Assembly (NCBI GenBank): GCA_016235595.1
Contig: JACRJX010000008.1
Location: 105,092 to 169,091 of the forward strand
Reading direction: 5' to 3'
Source: Verrucomicrobiota bacterium
GTDB taxonomy: Bacteria; Verrucomicrobiota; Verrucomicrobiia; CAIQCK01
Length of the DNA stretch: 64,000 nt
In this document: positions 20,277 through 29,434 of the stretch, piece after piece
How positions within the stretch are numbered: the first letter of the stretch is position 1
Layout: the number at the start of each line of letters is the position of its first letter
The notes under the pieces: model-generated
Database searches by the model: none
What the model saw: the letters and a program-made list of their open reading frames with translations, nothing else
Told to the model about the DNA's origin: nothing
Position numbers and translations under genes: made by a program

Positions 20277-23234
20277 TCACGACTGTTCTTCTCCGGGGTC
20301 GCCGTCATCATCCGGCGGCGGTGGTGGATTGCCGCCAACGCTGCATTTCTCGCTCACAACACTTAAAACCTCTTTCCGTCTAACATTGTTCCAAATAAAA
20401 GTCCGATGTTGCTGAAACCGATTATGAAAATCCTGGAAGATTGAACTCCAGCGTTCTCTTGGGACAGGAGAAATCTGATCAGTAATCTCATTTGCACTTT
20501 GCCGGATCTCACGAGTAAAATGCAGTGGTAGCCCGTCCATTTCCTTTTCGAACCAAGGCATTATCTGCTCGCGTGACTCTGGTATCGTAATAACAGCTTG
20601 CGGGCGTGTGGGAGTTTGCTCTTCGGATGGCCACGGAAAACCCGCCCGCCACAACAACTTGAGATCTGCCACTTCCATTCGGTGACCCAAAACTTCTTGG
20701 CTGAGTGCATCTTCTACTCCCTTTTCCTTATTCGCGCTGTCGTAAAGACTAACAAGATCAGCAAACTCACGATCTGACAAATCCGAACCGCTAATGTTCC
20801 CGATAGAGTTTAGGTGCTCGATCAGCTTGTAACCAATTGATCTCGAGTCCTTCAGAGCAAGCGTCCACGCGCTCGATGCGTCTCTGTCAAACTTGTAGCG
20901 CGTATCCCGACAGTTCCTACCATCAGGGTGGTGGACAACGTGTTTAAGCGGACCCTCATGGCTGTAATGGGCAGTGTCTACAGTCGAAAACTCGTGAGGC
21001 CCTGTCGGATCGCTTGGTCTTTGGTGGCGATATATACTTATCCAAAGCGGCAAAAGCGTTTTGAAAAGGTTTTCATCCATTGGAACTCCCAGTTTCTTGC
21101 CTTCCTCCACAGGACCCATACCCTCATGCTCCATTTGCTTTGAAGTAGCTGCCCAATCAATCATCATCACCTTGAACGCATACTTAATTAACTCTTCAGC
21201 ATATCTGAGGCGAATTTGGTGATGCTGACGACTAGTGTTGTGTTTTGAGAAATGCTGTTTCAGCTTTTGCAGAAGGCCCGTATAAAACAGACCATCGCTG
21301 ATGAACACGTATAGCTGCCATAAGCCTTGGTATTTGCTATCCGCATCTTTTATTGAGCTCTCAATTCGAGTTAGAGCTGCCTTCTGCTTATGCATTCCCG
21401 GAGTGTCTACACCCACTTCATCAATGCGGCCTGTATGTTCGTGCATTGCAACGACAAGTGCAGGATCCTTATAGAGTTGCTTGTAGGGTGTCGTCCAAAT
21501 GATCACACGGCTCGGAACAATCTTCATTGCCTCTGCAATAAGAATTGATCCCTCGCCATGTCTTAGAATTTGGTCGACATGATTACATACAGCCAGATCG
21601 TCATCGAACACTCCATCGAGGTATTTCTCGACGCAAGCAGATACGAAGAGAAGAAAAGGACTGTAATAAGTGGAATCCACTAACGCCCCCAATATTCGCA
21701 ACAAGAATTCTGAATCTTCTTTATTTGTTTGTTGTGGTGATACCGTCCGGCCTTGGAACTCAAGCACTTCGCCGGCCCGCTCGTTAGAGACGATCATTAG
21801 AGGGCGAAACACTCTCCGTTCGGAAAGTTTGAGTACAAGTCGCCTTGCTTCACCTAGCTGCATCTTCTTTGCTGCGTCTTCTTCTTGCGTGGAAGCTCGC
21901 TCCACCAAGATGCGGAAAAACCTGTCGTCACCCTGTAAGGCGTGAGTTTCGCTACCGATGCCAACAATATCTTTCAATCCGGGCTTCAGGCCACATCGTT
22001 CAAGCAAAAGCAGTGCCCTCGCTAGCATCGCAACTGCCGATTGGACTACCCGGTGCATCACAGCCTTTTCATGAATCTCTTGGCGTAAATCCAACAGGCG
22101 AAAAATATCATTGATCAGGAAAATTCTTGTAGTCCCACGCTTGGAGTCTCGAAGGTCAATTGCGCATCGGTGGTGGGAAGGTCTGCGTAATACTTCGCCG
22201 TCGGGGGTTTTTAGTGGCTTTGTCGAAGGTCCTTCGGATGGGGGGACCAATACGTAATAGTTCAGCAGGTGCAAGTCTATACGGCGACGCGTTCCCATCC
22301 TGTGAGGATCTCGCTTCAGGTAGTCTAGAAGGTCTGCACTCAGTGTATTCCCAATGATATCGTGCCGGAAAGGTTGGTACCACAGATGGTGAAGAACATG
22401 CCCCCATTCACCAGACACTAGAGACCATTTCTCCAACTTTGGGTTTCCAGCGGAATCAAAGCCTGTGGCAATATTTCGTTCGTGCTCTTTCCCCTCTTCC
22501 TTTGTTTCGTAGAACAATAAATGAAATAGCAAACGTGGTAATAGTTCCCTCACCATCCGTTTTCGTTCATTTGTTTCTAGGCTCCTCAAGAACTTCTTCA
22601 TCTCAATCGTGAAATCCTTGATATGGCTGTACTCAGGTTTTGCACCATCCGCTTTCAGGCGGTTCCAAAACACAACTGAGTATCGAATGAGAACCTGTGC
22701 TAAAACGGAGACGTCGCCATTACAGGTAAGCATATAGAGCAACGGGTGCCTTTCGTAATCATCGTGCTTGTAATACTGCCCGTAGTATGACTGGACCTTG
22801 AACCCCCTGTCCTTCAGATCAACTCCGGGAATGTCGTAGATAACTTTGTGTGTCTTTTTCTCGATATCGTGAGATAGTGGGCCATGCGAAATGTCATGTA
22901 AAAGCGCCCCTAATCTGATCAATATCTTCTCACTTGGTGATATGCCAAAGGTCGCATAGTTCTCGTCCTTTTCACCGGCCCGGAGACGAGCGGTGTTATT
23001 GTAAAGGTTCTCAATGAGTCTGTTAGCATTGTAGCAGGCCCCTATACTGTGAGTGCCTCGAGTATGATTCGCTGTAGAATAAACGAGATGAACAAATCCG
23101 AGTTGCGAAGTGCGAAATAGTCTCTGGAATTCCGGCGTATCAATGACGTCTCGTTCAAGATCGTTCAGATGGATTTGGCCCCACACATCGTCTTGGAACT
23201 TGTGCCTATCGATGAATGGATCGTAGTCACTCAT
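20277..23234 (-). CDS. SAMHD1/EF1143-type HD-domain dNTP triphosphohydrolase-like protein with about 550-aa uncharacterised C-terminal extension
   Basis: 985 aa. 'IDTPEFQRL...QLG', 'HTRGTHSIG', 'LGALLHDISHGPLSHDIE' (HD encoded at 22893-22898) and 'SADLLDYLKRDPHRMG' parallel SAMHD1/COG1078 catalytic blocks. Hand counts of two 60-nt lines give 43-45% GC. Confidence 0.85.
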   Translation of the reverse strand: MSDYDPFIDRHKFQDDVWGQIHLNDLERDVIDTPEFQRLFRTSQLGFVHLVYSTANHTRGTHSIGACYNANRLIENLYNNTARLRAGEKDENYATFGISPSEKILIRLGALLHDISHGPLSHDIEKKTHKVIYDIPGVDLKDRGFKVQSYYGQYYKHDDYERHPLLYMLTCNGDVSVLAQVLIRYSVVFWNRLKADGAKPEYSHIKDFTIEMKKFLRSLETNERKRMVRELLPRLLFHLLFYETKEEGKEHERNIATGFDSAGNPKLEKWSLVSGEWGHVLHHLWYQPFRHDIIGNTLSADLLDYLKRDPHRMGTRRRIDLHLLNYYVLVPPSEGPSTKPLKTPDGEVLRRPSHHRCAIDLRDSKRGTTRIFLINDIFRLLDLRQEIHEKAVMHRVVQSAVAMLARALLLLERCGLKPGLKDIVGIGSETHALQGDDRFFRILVERASTQEEDAAKKMQLGEARRLVLKLSERRVFRPLMIVSNERAGEVLEFQGRTVSPQQTNKEDSEFLLRILGALVDSTYYSPFLLFVSACVEKYLDGVFDDDLAVCNHVDQILRHGEGSILIAEAMKIVPSRVIIWTTPYKQLYKDPALVVAMHEHTGRIDEVGVDTPGMHKQKAALTRIESSIKDADSKYQGLWQLYVFISDGLFYTGLLQKLKQHFSKHNTSRQHHQIRLRYAEELIKYAFKVMMIDWAATSKQMEHEGMGPVEEGKKLGVPMDENLFKTLLPLWISIYRHQRPSDPTGPHEFSTVDTAHYSHEGPLKHVVHHPDGRNCRDTRYKFDRDASSAWTLALKDSRSIGYKLIEHLNSIGNISGSDLSDREFADLVSLYDSANKEKGVEDALSQEVLGHRMEVADLKLLWRAGFPWPSEEQTPTRPQAVITIPESREQIMPWFEKEMDGLPLHFTREIRQSANEITDQISPVPRERWSSIFQDFHNRFQQHRTFIWNNVRRKEVLSVVSEKCSVGGNPPPPPDDDGDPGEEQS

Positions 23235-23365
23235 AAGGATTCCCTTTTAGCCTGCCTGCTGATGGCTCTGTGTGTTTGCACTCCGCAGTGCGGTCATCAT
23301 CCTTTCCAAATCTGACGCTTAGCGTTGTGACAAATGCGGTCTCATGGAGAAAACCAGGAAACATC

Positions 23366-23623
23366 TCATCTCCTCTGGGCCTGAATCATTTCATTCAGTA
23401 TCGCGATTATTGCTGGCAAATCTGCGTTGATATCGAGCAATTGGATGGTACTGGTGCCGGCGATGACATCGCTGAGCTTTTGGCTGGAGACTTCTCCAGG
23501 CGAACCTTGGAGCGGTACGGAGATGCCGTCTATGCGTTTGTTGAGCGCGTTGAAGTTTCTGCGGAGCAGATCGGCTTCAATGTCATCGCCGATCTGGTGA
23601 TGGCTGAGATCGAAGGCAAACAT
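23366..23623 (-). CDS. Hypothetical small acidic protein (85 aa), possibly first gene of the island operon
   Basis: ATG with 'gaaagg' about 10 nt upstream, on the same strand as the HD gene. No recognisable family. A competing ORF lies on the opposite strand. Confidence 0.3.
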   Translation of the reverse strand: MFAFDLSHHQIGDDIEADLLRRNFNALNKRIDGISVPLQGSPGEVSSQKLSDVIAGTSTIQLLDINADLPAIIAILNEMIQAQRR

Positions 23624-23780
23624 AGCTCGGGCCTTTCGTCATGGCCGCTTTCTAGCGCAACGGGCTGGAAAAGCAAGGGAAAAATGGGCAAATTCGTTGC
23701 GCGACGCGTCAGTCCCCGACTATGGAAAAAGAGGGAGGACTTGACCGTAGGACGAGCGGTGGTTTCCGCGAAGCCTCGAA

Positions 23781-24776
23781 TCATTTCGCGGCGGCGTCAC
23801 CGCGGATAAAATCCACCTTGGCGGACAGCTCCGGTGTCATGAAGGTGTCGGGCTTCTCGACCTGGACTTTGATCTGGAGCGTGCCTTTCTGGCGGTTGGC
23901 TTCGGGCGCGATCTCGGCGACGTAGCCGCCATAGCGCTTGTCAGGGTAGGCCTCCGGGCTGATGCGGCAGCGTTGCTTGAGATGGATCTTCGCCAGATCC
24001 GCCTCGTTGAGGTCAATTTCCACCTGCAGGTCGGTGAGGTCGGCCATCGAAACCAGCGCGGTGCTCGGGCCGCGCGTGCCCCCGAAGGTCATCGGCGTAA
24101 CCAGTTCGTCCGCTTCCACCAGCTTCTCCAGAATCGTGCCGTTGATGGGCGCGCGGATGACGCACCACTCCACGTAGTTCTGCGCATAGGCGAGCTGGCC
24201 TTTGGCAACGGTGATCTGCGCGAGAGCCATGTCGCGGGCGCGGCGGGCGTCGTCGAGGGAGCGCTCGCTCTCGATGTTTTTGCTGGAGAGCGCCTGCTGG
24301 CGTTTGAGGTTGGCCTCGGCGTTGGCGAGGTCGGCCTGGGCGCGGGCGAGATTGCCCTCGGCTTCGAGGACCTTGGCGCGATATTCGGCGTCATCGAGCC
24401 GAACCATCACCTCGTCCTTCTTGACGTGGTCGCCCTTGCGGACACCGATCCATTTCACCATTGCCTGAAACCGCGGGCTAAGCTCGATACGCTCGCGCGG
24501 GATGACGTAGCCGCTGACGGTGAGCACGACGTCGCCCGGCTTCACCGGAGCGGGCGGTTGCGCCACCGCTTGGCCGGGCTTTGGCTCCGGCTTCTTGATG
24601 ATGAAAAGGCTGCCCTGGTCGTTCGTCGTGAACACATACACACCACCAGCGATCGCGACGGTCAGCAGGACCAGCAGCAACAATACCAGCGGTCCGATCT
24701 TGCGCCGCGACTTTTTCTCCGGGGCAATCGGCAGCTTGCTCAGCGCCGGCGGTCCTTGTTGTGACGGTGTACTCAT
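23781..24776 (-). CDS. HlyD/MacA-family periplasmic adaptor (membrane fusion protein)
   Basis: Start placed at MSTPSQQ (ATG 24776), after the stop of the upstream permease. TM anchor, coiled-coil hairpin (AEGNLARAQADLANAEANLKRQQ) and barrel domains. Confidence 0.85.
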   Translation of the reverse strand: MSTPSQQGPPALSKLPIAPEKKSRRKIGPLVLLLLVLLTVAIAGGVYVFTTNDQGSLFIIKKPEPKPGQAVAQPPAPVKPGDVVLTVSGYVIPRERIELSPRFQAMVKWIGVRKGDHVKKDEVMVRLDDAEYRAKVLEAEGNLARAQADLANAEANLKRQQALSSKNIESERSLDDARRARDMALAQITVAKGQLAYAQNYVEWCVIRAPINGTILEKLVEADELVTPMTFGGTRGPSTALVSMADLTDLQVEIDLNEADLAKIHLKQRCRISPEAYPDKRYGGYVAEIAPEANRQKGTLQIKVQVEKPDTFMTPELSAKVDFIRGDAAAK

Positions 24777-24807
24777 GATTCGATGTCGGGTTGATTGTGA
24801 ACCATTT

Positions 24808-25968
24808 TCAGGCCGAGCGCAATGCATCGAGCACGGGCTTGCGCGCGGCGACGCGGGCGGGCAGCAGCCCGCCGAGCACGCCCATGACCACCGCAAACGC
24901 CAGTCCTTTGGCCAGCAGTTCACCGGTGATGCGAAACTCAAACGCGACCTCCGAAAACGTTGTCCAGCTCATCGTGCCGGTGGCCAGGCCGTTGATCGGC
25001 AGCGACGCGATGCAACCGAGCGCGCCGCCCACCAGCGCCAGCAGCACCGATTCGAGCAGGAACGACAGGTAGATGTCCCGCCGCCGGAAGCCGAGCACGC
25101 GCAACGTGCCGATCTCGCGCGTGCGCGAGCCGACCGACGCATACATGGTGTTCATGGCCGCAAACGCCGCGCCAATGCTCATGATGATCGCCAGGAATCC
25201 GCCCATGAACTGGATCGGCCCGGCGTTTTTCGTCTGCTCCTGGTAATAGTCCGCCTCCGGCAGCACGCGCACAAAGAGATCCTTGTCGGCTTCGAGCCGC
25301 TTGATGAGCACGGCGCCGGCCGCCGCATCCTTCGGCCGCAGCAACACCGAGCCGTAGAAGGAACGGCTGAAGGCCTCGCGCACCTCGTCGGCGTCCGTCC
25401 AGATTTCCGATTCGTAGGTCGTCTTGGCCGCGTCGAAGACGCCCGTCACGCGCCACGTCCGCTTGCCGGCGCGGAACGTTTCCCCGACGTGGCAGTGGGC
25501 GAACCGCTCGGCGATCTTGCGGCTGACAATGCACTCGGCCAGGCCCGGCTGGAACAAGCGGCCCTCCACCAGCTTCACGTTGGGCCGCAGTTCGGCGCCG
25601 ATGGGACTGATGCCGCGCACGAGGACGTTGGCGTTGCCGCCATCGATGCGGTCGAGCTGGATGAGGACGATGATCTCCGGCGATGCCACGGGATCGCCGC
25701 GCTCGTTGCGGGCGATCTCGTCGTGATACTTGAACCGGAGCACCTTGCTGCGTTCGATCTGGCTGGAAGATTCGGCGGTAGAGCCTTTTCGCATCACCAG
25801 CAGGTTGCGCGCGTCGCCGGTGTTGACGTAGGTGGCCTTGAGGCCGCGGGCGAGCGCCATGACCATCACAAACACCGCCACGGTCAGCGCAATGCCGAGC
25901 GCGGTGGCGATCGTCGAGCGCCAGCGCACGCGCAGGTTGCGGAGGTTGTATTTGATCGGGATGGCCAT
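24808..25968 (-). CDS. ABC transporter permease, FtsX/MacB-type
   Basis: N-terminal TM, large periplasmic domain, C-terminal FtsX 3-TM bundle with 'REIGTLRVLGF'. Confidence 0.85.
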   Translation of the reverse strand: MAIPIKYNLRNLRVRWRSTIATALGIALTVAVFVMVMALARGLKATYVNTGDARNLLVMRKGSTAESSSQIERSKVLRFKYHDEIARNERGDPVASPEIIVLIQLDRIDGGNANVLVRGISPIGAELRPNVKLVEGRLFQPGLAECIVSRKIAERFAHCHVGETFRAGKRTWRVTGVFDAAKTTYESEIWTDADEVREAFSRSFYGSVLLRPKDAAAGAVLIKRLEADKDLFVRVLPEADYYQEQTKNAGPIQFMGGFLAIIMSIGAAFAAMNTMYASVGSRTREIGTLRVLGFRRRDIYLSFLLESVLLALVGGALGCIASLPINGLATGTMSWTTFSEVAFEFRITGELLAKGLAFAVVMGVLGGLLPARVAARKPVLDALRSA

Positions 25969-25971
25969 GAC

Positions 25972-27111
25972 TCAGTCCAGTTCCCGCAGCCCTTCCAGCA
26001 CGCTGGCCCGGACGCTTGCGATGGCGGGCGCCATGCAACTGACCACGCCCATCGCGGCGGCGATCAACAACCCTGCCGAGACGATGTGCGGCGTGACCTC
26101 GAATTTGACGAAGAAGCCGTGCGACAGCACGTACATGTCCACGTTCTGCGCCAAGAACCATGTGCCGACGCAACCGATCAACCCGCCGACCAGCGCCAAC
26201 CCAAACGACTCGGCCAGGACAAGGCCAAAGATCTGGCCGCCGTTGTAGCCCAGCGCTTTCAACACGGCGATCTCACGCGTCCGTTCGCGGATGGCCATGC
26301 TCATCGTGCTCGCCGTTACCAACATCATCGTAAAAACAATCACGGTGCAGATGGAGCCGATGAGGAGCTTGACGTTGCCGAACCACGACAGGAACGTGAG
26401 CTGGAATGCGCGTTCGGTTTCGGTCTTCGTCTCAGCAGCGCTGCTGCTGAACATCGCGTCCACCCGCTGGATCACGTCCGGGAGCGCGTCGGCGTTGGTC
26501 GTTTGAATCCAGTAGCAGCCGACCACGTGCCAGCCGGTCGCCTCATCCAGGTATTCGTGGTGGAAGAACAGGTTGGTTTCGTCAATCCCGCCATGGTAAA
26601 CGCCCCGGATCGTCAGCTCCAGGTTGCACGGGTAGATCGTGCCGCGCAGCGTGATCTTCTGGCCAACTTTCCAACCGAAACGGTTCATGGTCTTGATGCC
26701 GACCATGCAGGCGGTTTTCTCCTTCTTGAACGCCGCCACCTGCTCCGGGTTCGTCGTCACCTCGGTCAGGATGTCGAACAACGCGTTGGCGTCGCACCCG
26801 AATTGGGCGAAGAAGTTGCTCTCGTCAATGTAGATGCCGCCGAACCATGTCAGCCTCGAGACGCGCTTGACGCCCGGCACGCGCGCGATGCGGGACTGGT
26901 ATTTCGAGGGCAGGACGTTTGCGAGCGAGACCTTGTGCCGCACGATGAGCCGCAGCGCTGACTGCTCGGTCAACTGCGGCTGCGACAGCTCCCGCAGCGC
27001 CGTCTGAAGCACGGTGAACAGGAAAAGGCTCAGCGCCACGCTGAGTACCGTGAGTGTGAGCCGCCGCTTGTTGCGGAGCGCGTTGCGCAGGATGAAGCCG
27101 GGGATGGTCAT
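25972..27111 (-). CDS. ABC transporter permease, FtsX/MacB-type (second copy)
   Basis: Start at MTIPGFILRNALRNKRR (ATG 27111); the ORF extension upstream is heptamer-repeat read-through. 'REIAVLKALGY' FtsX motif. Confidence 0.85.
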   Translation of the reverse strand: MTIPGFILRNALRNKRRLTLTVLSVALSLFLFTVLQTALRELSQPQLTEQSALRLIVRHKVSLANVLPSKYQSRIARVPGVKRVSRLTWFGGIYIDESNFFAQFGCDANALFDILTEVTTNPEQVAAFKKEKTACMVGIKTMNRFGWKVGQKITLRGTIYPCNLELTIRGVYHGGIDETNLFFHHEYLDEATGWHVVGCYWIQTTNADALPDVIQRVDAMFSSSAAETKTETERAFQLTFLSWFGNVKLLIGSICTVIVFTMMLVTASTMSMAIRERTREIAVLKALGYNGGQIFGLVLAESFGLALVGGLIGCVGTWFLAQNVDMYVLSHGFFVKFEVTPHIVSAGLLIAAAMGVVSCMAPAIASVRASVLEGLRELD

Positions 27112-27117
27112 GGGTGC

Positions 27118-27208
27118 GTGATGGGTGATTGGTAATTCGTAATTCGTCATCGTCGCAAGCGGACACCAGATCACGAACCACGAACCACGAGTTACGAATT
27201 ACGGATCA
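27118..27208. repeat. Inverted arrays of degenerate heptamers filling the ATPase-permease spacer
   Basis: Arm 1: gtgatgg gtgattg gtaattc gtaattc gtcatcg. Arm 2: cgaacca cgaacca cgagtta cgaatta cggatca. 'gtaattcgtaattcgt' matches the reverse complement of arm 2 'gtaattcgtaactcgt' at 15 of 16 positions. Confidence 0.85.
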
Positions 27209-27889
27209 CCCTCCACTCAACAACTCTCCCTTCTCCAAATGCACCATCCGTTTCGCGTGCGCCGCCGCTTTCGGATCGTGCGTCACCATGATGACCGTTT
27301 TGCCGGCGGCGCTGTTGAGCGTTTGCAGCAGCCCCAGCACCTCGGCGGCCGAATGCGCGTCGAGATTGCCTGTCGGCTCGTCGGCCACCAGCAGTGTCGG
27401 ATCAGTCACCAGCGCCCGCGCGATAGCCACGCGCTGCTCCTGGCCGCCGGAAAGCTGCCGCGGCAGGTGCTCCATCCGGTCCGCCAGACCGACCAGTTCC
27501 AACGCCGCTTCCACATGCTCGCGCCGCTCGCGTCCTGTCAGTCCCGTCAGCAACAGCGGCAGTTCCACGTTCTCATAGGCCGTCAGCACGGGAATCAGGT
27601 TGAACGTCTGGAAAACGAAGCCGACGTGCTGCTTGCGCCATGCCGCCAGTTCCGTCTCGCTCAGATCGGCGACATCGGTGCCTTGGACAACGCACCGACC
27701 ACTGGTAGGCCGGTCAATCCCGCCGATGATATGCAACAACGTGCTCTTGCCCGAACCGCTTGGCCCCATCAACGCAACGAACTCCCCTCCGCCAATATCG
27801 AGCGAGATGCTGTTCAGCGCCACCACCTCGATATCGCCGTGCCGGTAAACCTTCGACAACTCCCGAATTTGAACAATCGGCTGATCCAT
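27206..27889 (-). CDS. ABC transporter ATP-binding protein (MacB/LolD-type)
   Basis: Walker A 'GPSGSGKST', signature '[15 protein letters not shown]', Walker B '[12 protein letters not shown]'. Confidence 0.93.
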   Translation of the reverse strand: MDQPIVQIRELSKVYRHGDIEVVALNSISLDIGGGEFVALMGPSGSGKSTLLHIIGGIDRPTSGRCVVQGTDVADLSETELAAWRKQHVGFVFQTFNLIPVLTAYENVELPLLLTGLTGRERREHVEAALELVGLADRMEHLPRQLSGGQEQRVAIARALVTDPTLLVADEPTGNLDAHSAAEVLGLLQTLNSAAGKTVIMVTHDPKAAAHAKRMVHLEKGELLSGG

Positions 27890-28172
27890 GCCACCCCAAG
27901 CCTAGCAGGCCGCTGAAGAAGTCCAAAGCACGGATTTTTCGGGCGATGTCCGGCGTCGCAGCCTCCCAGCCATTCCCCCCGGATCATCCCTTGTGCATCA
28001 AGGCTTTAGCGTTGACGCAGGAGGGGGGCATCCATAATATCCCGCGTTCCAATTCCGGAGAAGCCCGGGCACGTGGATGTGCCCCTATTGAGCCGTTGGG
28101 CTGACGGAAACGTAACTAAACAGCAGGCGGAGGTGCTTTGGAGCGGCATCAGCCGACTGCGGCCAGGAAATT

Positions 28173-29405
28173 ATGAACAAACTTTCGATTGCTGACCTGA
28201 AAGATTTGCGCGGCAAGCGCGTCTTGGTGCGCGCGGACTACAACGTCCCTCTCGACGAGAAGAGCGCGATCACCGATGAGACACGCATCAAGGAAACGCT
28301 GCCGACCATCAATTTCCTGACCCAGCGCGGCGCCATCGTCATCCTTTGCAGCCACTTGGGCCGGCCCGACGGCAAGCGCGTCGAGAGTATGAGCCTGAAA
28401 CCGGTCGCCGTGCGGCTGGCGGAACTGCTCAAGCAGCCGGTGGCGTTTGCCAACGAATGCGTTGGCGAGGAAGTGCGCAAGAAGGTCGCCTCCATGAAGG
28501 CCGGCGAGATCCTGCTGCTGGAAAACACCCGTTTCCACGCCGAGGAGGAGGACAACGACCCGAAGTTTGCCGAGCAGATGGCGAGCATCGCCGATGTCTT
28601 CGTCAACGACGCGTTCGGCACGGCGCATCGCGCGCACGCCTCCACCGCGGGCGTCTGCAAGTTCATCAAGACCAGTGCGGCGGGTTTCCTGCTGCAAAAA
28701 GAGCTGAAGTATCTCGGTGAGGAGCTGGCCAGCCCGGACCGGCCGTGCCTCGTCATCCTCGGCGGCGCGAAGGTCAGCGACAAGATTGGCGTCATCACCA
28801 ACCTGATGGGCAAGACCGACGCATTCATCATCGGCGGCGCGATGGCCTACACGTTCCTGAAGGCCCAGGGCGTGGCGGTCGGCAGCTCGCTCGTGGAGGA
28901 AGACAAGCTCGGCATCGCCAAGGAGACGCTCGCCAAGGTACAGGCCACCGGCGTGAAGTTCCTGCTGCCGACGGATCACGTCATCGCCCAGAAGGTCGAG
29001 ACACCGATTCCGGGCCAAAAGAAGCCGAAGATTGAGTTCAAGAACCCGCAGCAGAGCACGGACGCGACGATCGAGATCGGTTACTGCGGCGTGGACATCG
29101 GTCCGAAGACCATCGAGCGTTACTGCGCCGAAATCGCGCGGGCCAAGACCATCGTCTGGAACGGCCCGATGGGCATCTTTGAGACACCGGAGTATGCAAC
29201 CGGCACGTTTGAAGTCGCCCGAGCCGTCGCGACGGCGACGCAGGCCGGCGCCAAGAGCATTATCGGCGGCGGTGACAGCGTCAAAGCCGTCAAGAAAGCC
29301 AAAGTCGGCGACAAGGTCACGTTCATCAGCACCGGTGGCGGCGCGAGCCTGGAGTTCCTCGAAGGCCGTGAGCTGCCCGGCGTCGCCGCATTGACAGACA
29401 AGTAA
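28173..29405 (+). CDS. pgk: Phosphoglycerate kinase
   Basis: 'RVLVRADYNVPL', 'SHLGRP' and 'STGGGASLEFLEG'. Confidence 0.97.
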   Translation: MNKLSIADLKDLRGKRVLVRADYNVPLDEKSAITDETRIKETLPTINFLTQRGAIVILCSHLGRPDGKRVESMSLKPVAVRLAELLKQPVAFANECVGEEVRKKVASMKAGEILLLENTRFHAEEEDNDPKFAEQMASIADVFVNDAFGTAHRAHASTAGVCKFIKTSAAGFLLQKELKYLGEELASPDRPCLVILGGAKVSDKIGVITNLMGKTDAFIIGGAMAYTFLKAQGVAVGSSLVEEDKLGIAKETLAKVQATGVKFLLPTDHVIAQKVETPIPGQKKPKIEFKNPQQSTDATIEIGYCGVDIGPKTIERYCAEIARAKTIVWNGPMGIFETPEYATGTFEVARAVATATQAGAKSIIGGGDSVKAVKKAKVGDKVTFISTGGGASLEFLEGRELPGVAALTDK

Positions 29406-29434
29406 AAACAATCTACCCCTTATTATTTACGACC

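Noticed and set aside
23270-23809. 179-aa plus-strand ORF in the island boundary
   Set aside because: It overlaps the HlyD gene's 3' end and the 85-aa minus-strand ORF. It has no RBS and no motifs. I kept only the minus-strand ORF, at low confidence.
24520-26961. 813-aa ORF on the plus strand (plus the 24938-26173 minus-strand alternative frame)
   Set aside because: It is antisense or out of frame relative to the two FtsX permease genes and the HlyD gene. It is low complexity with no motifs.
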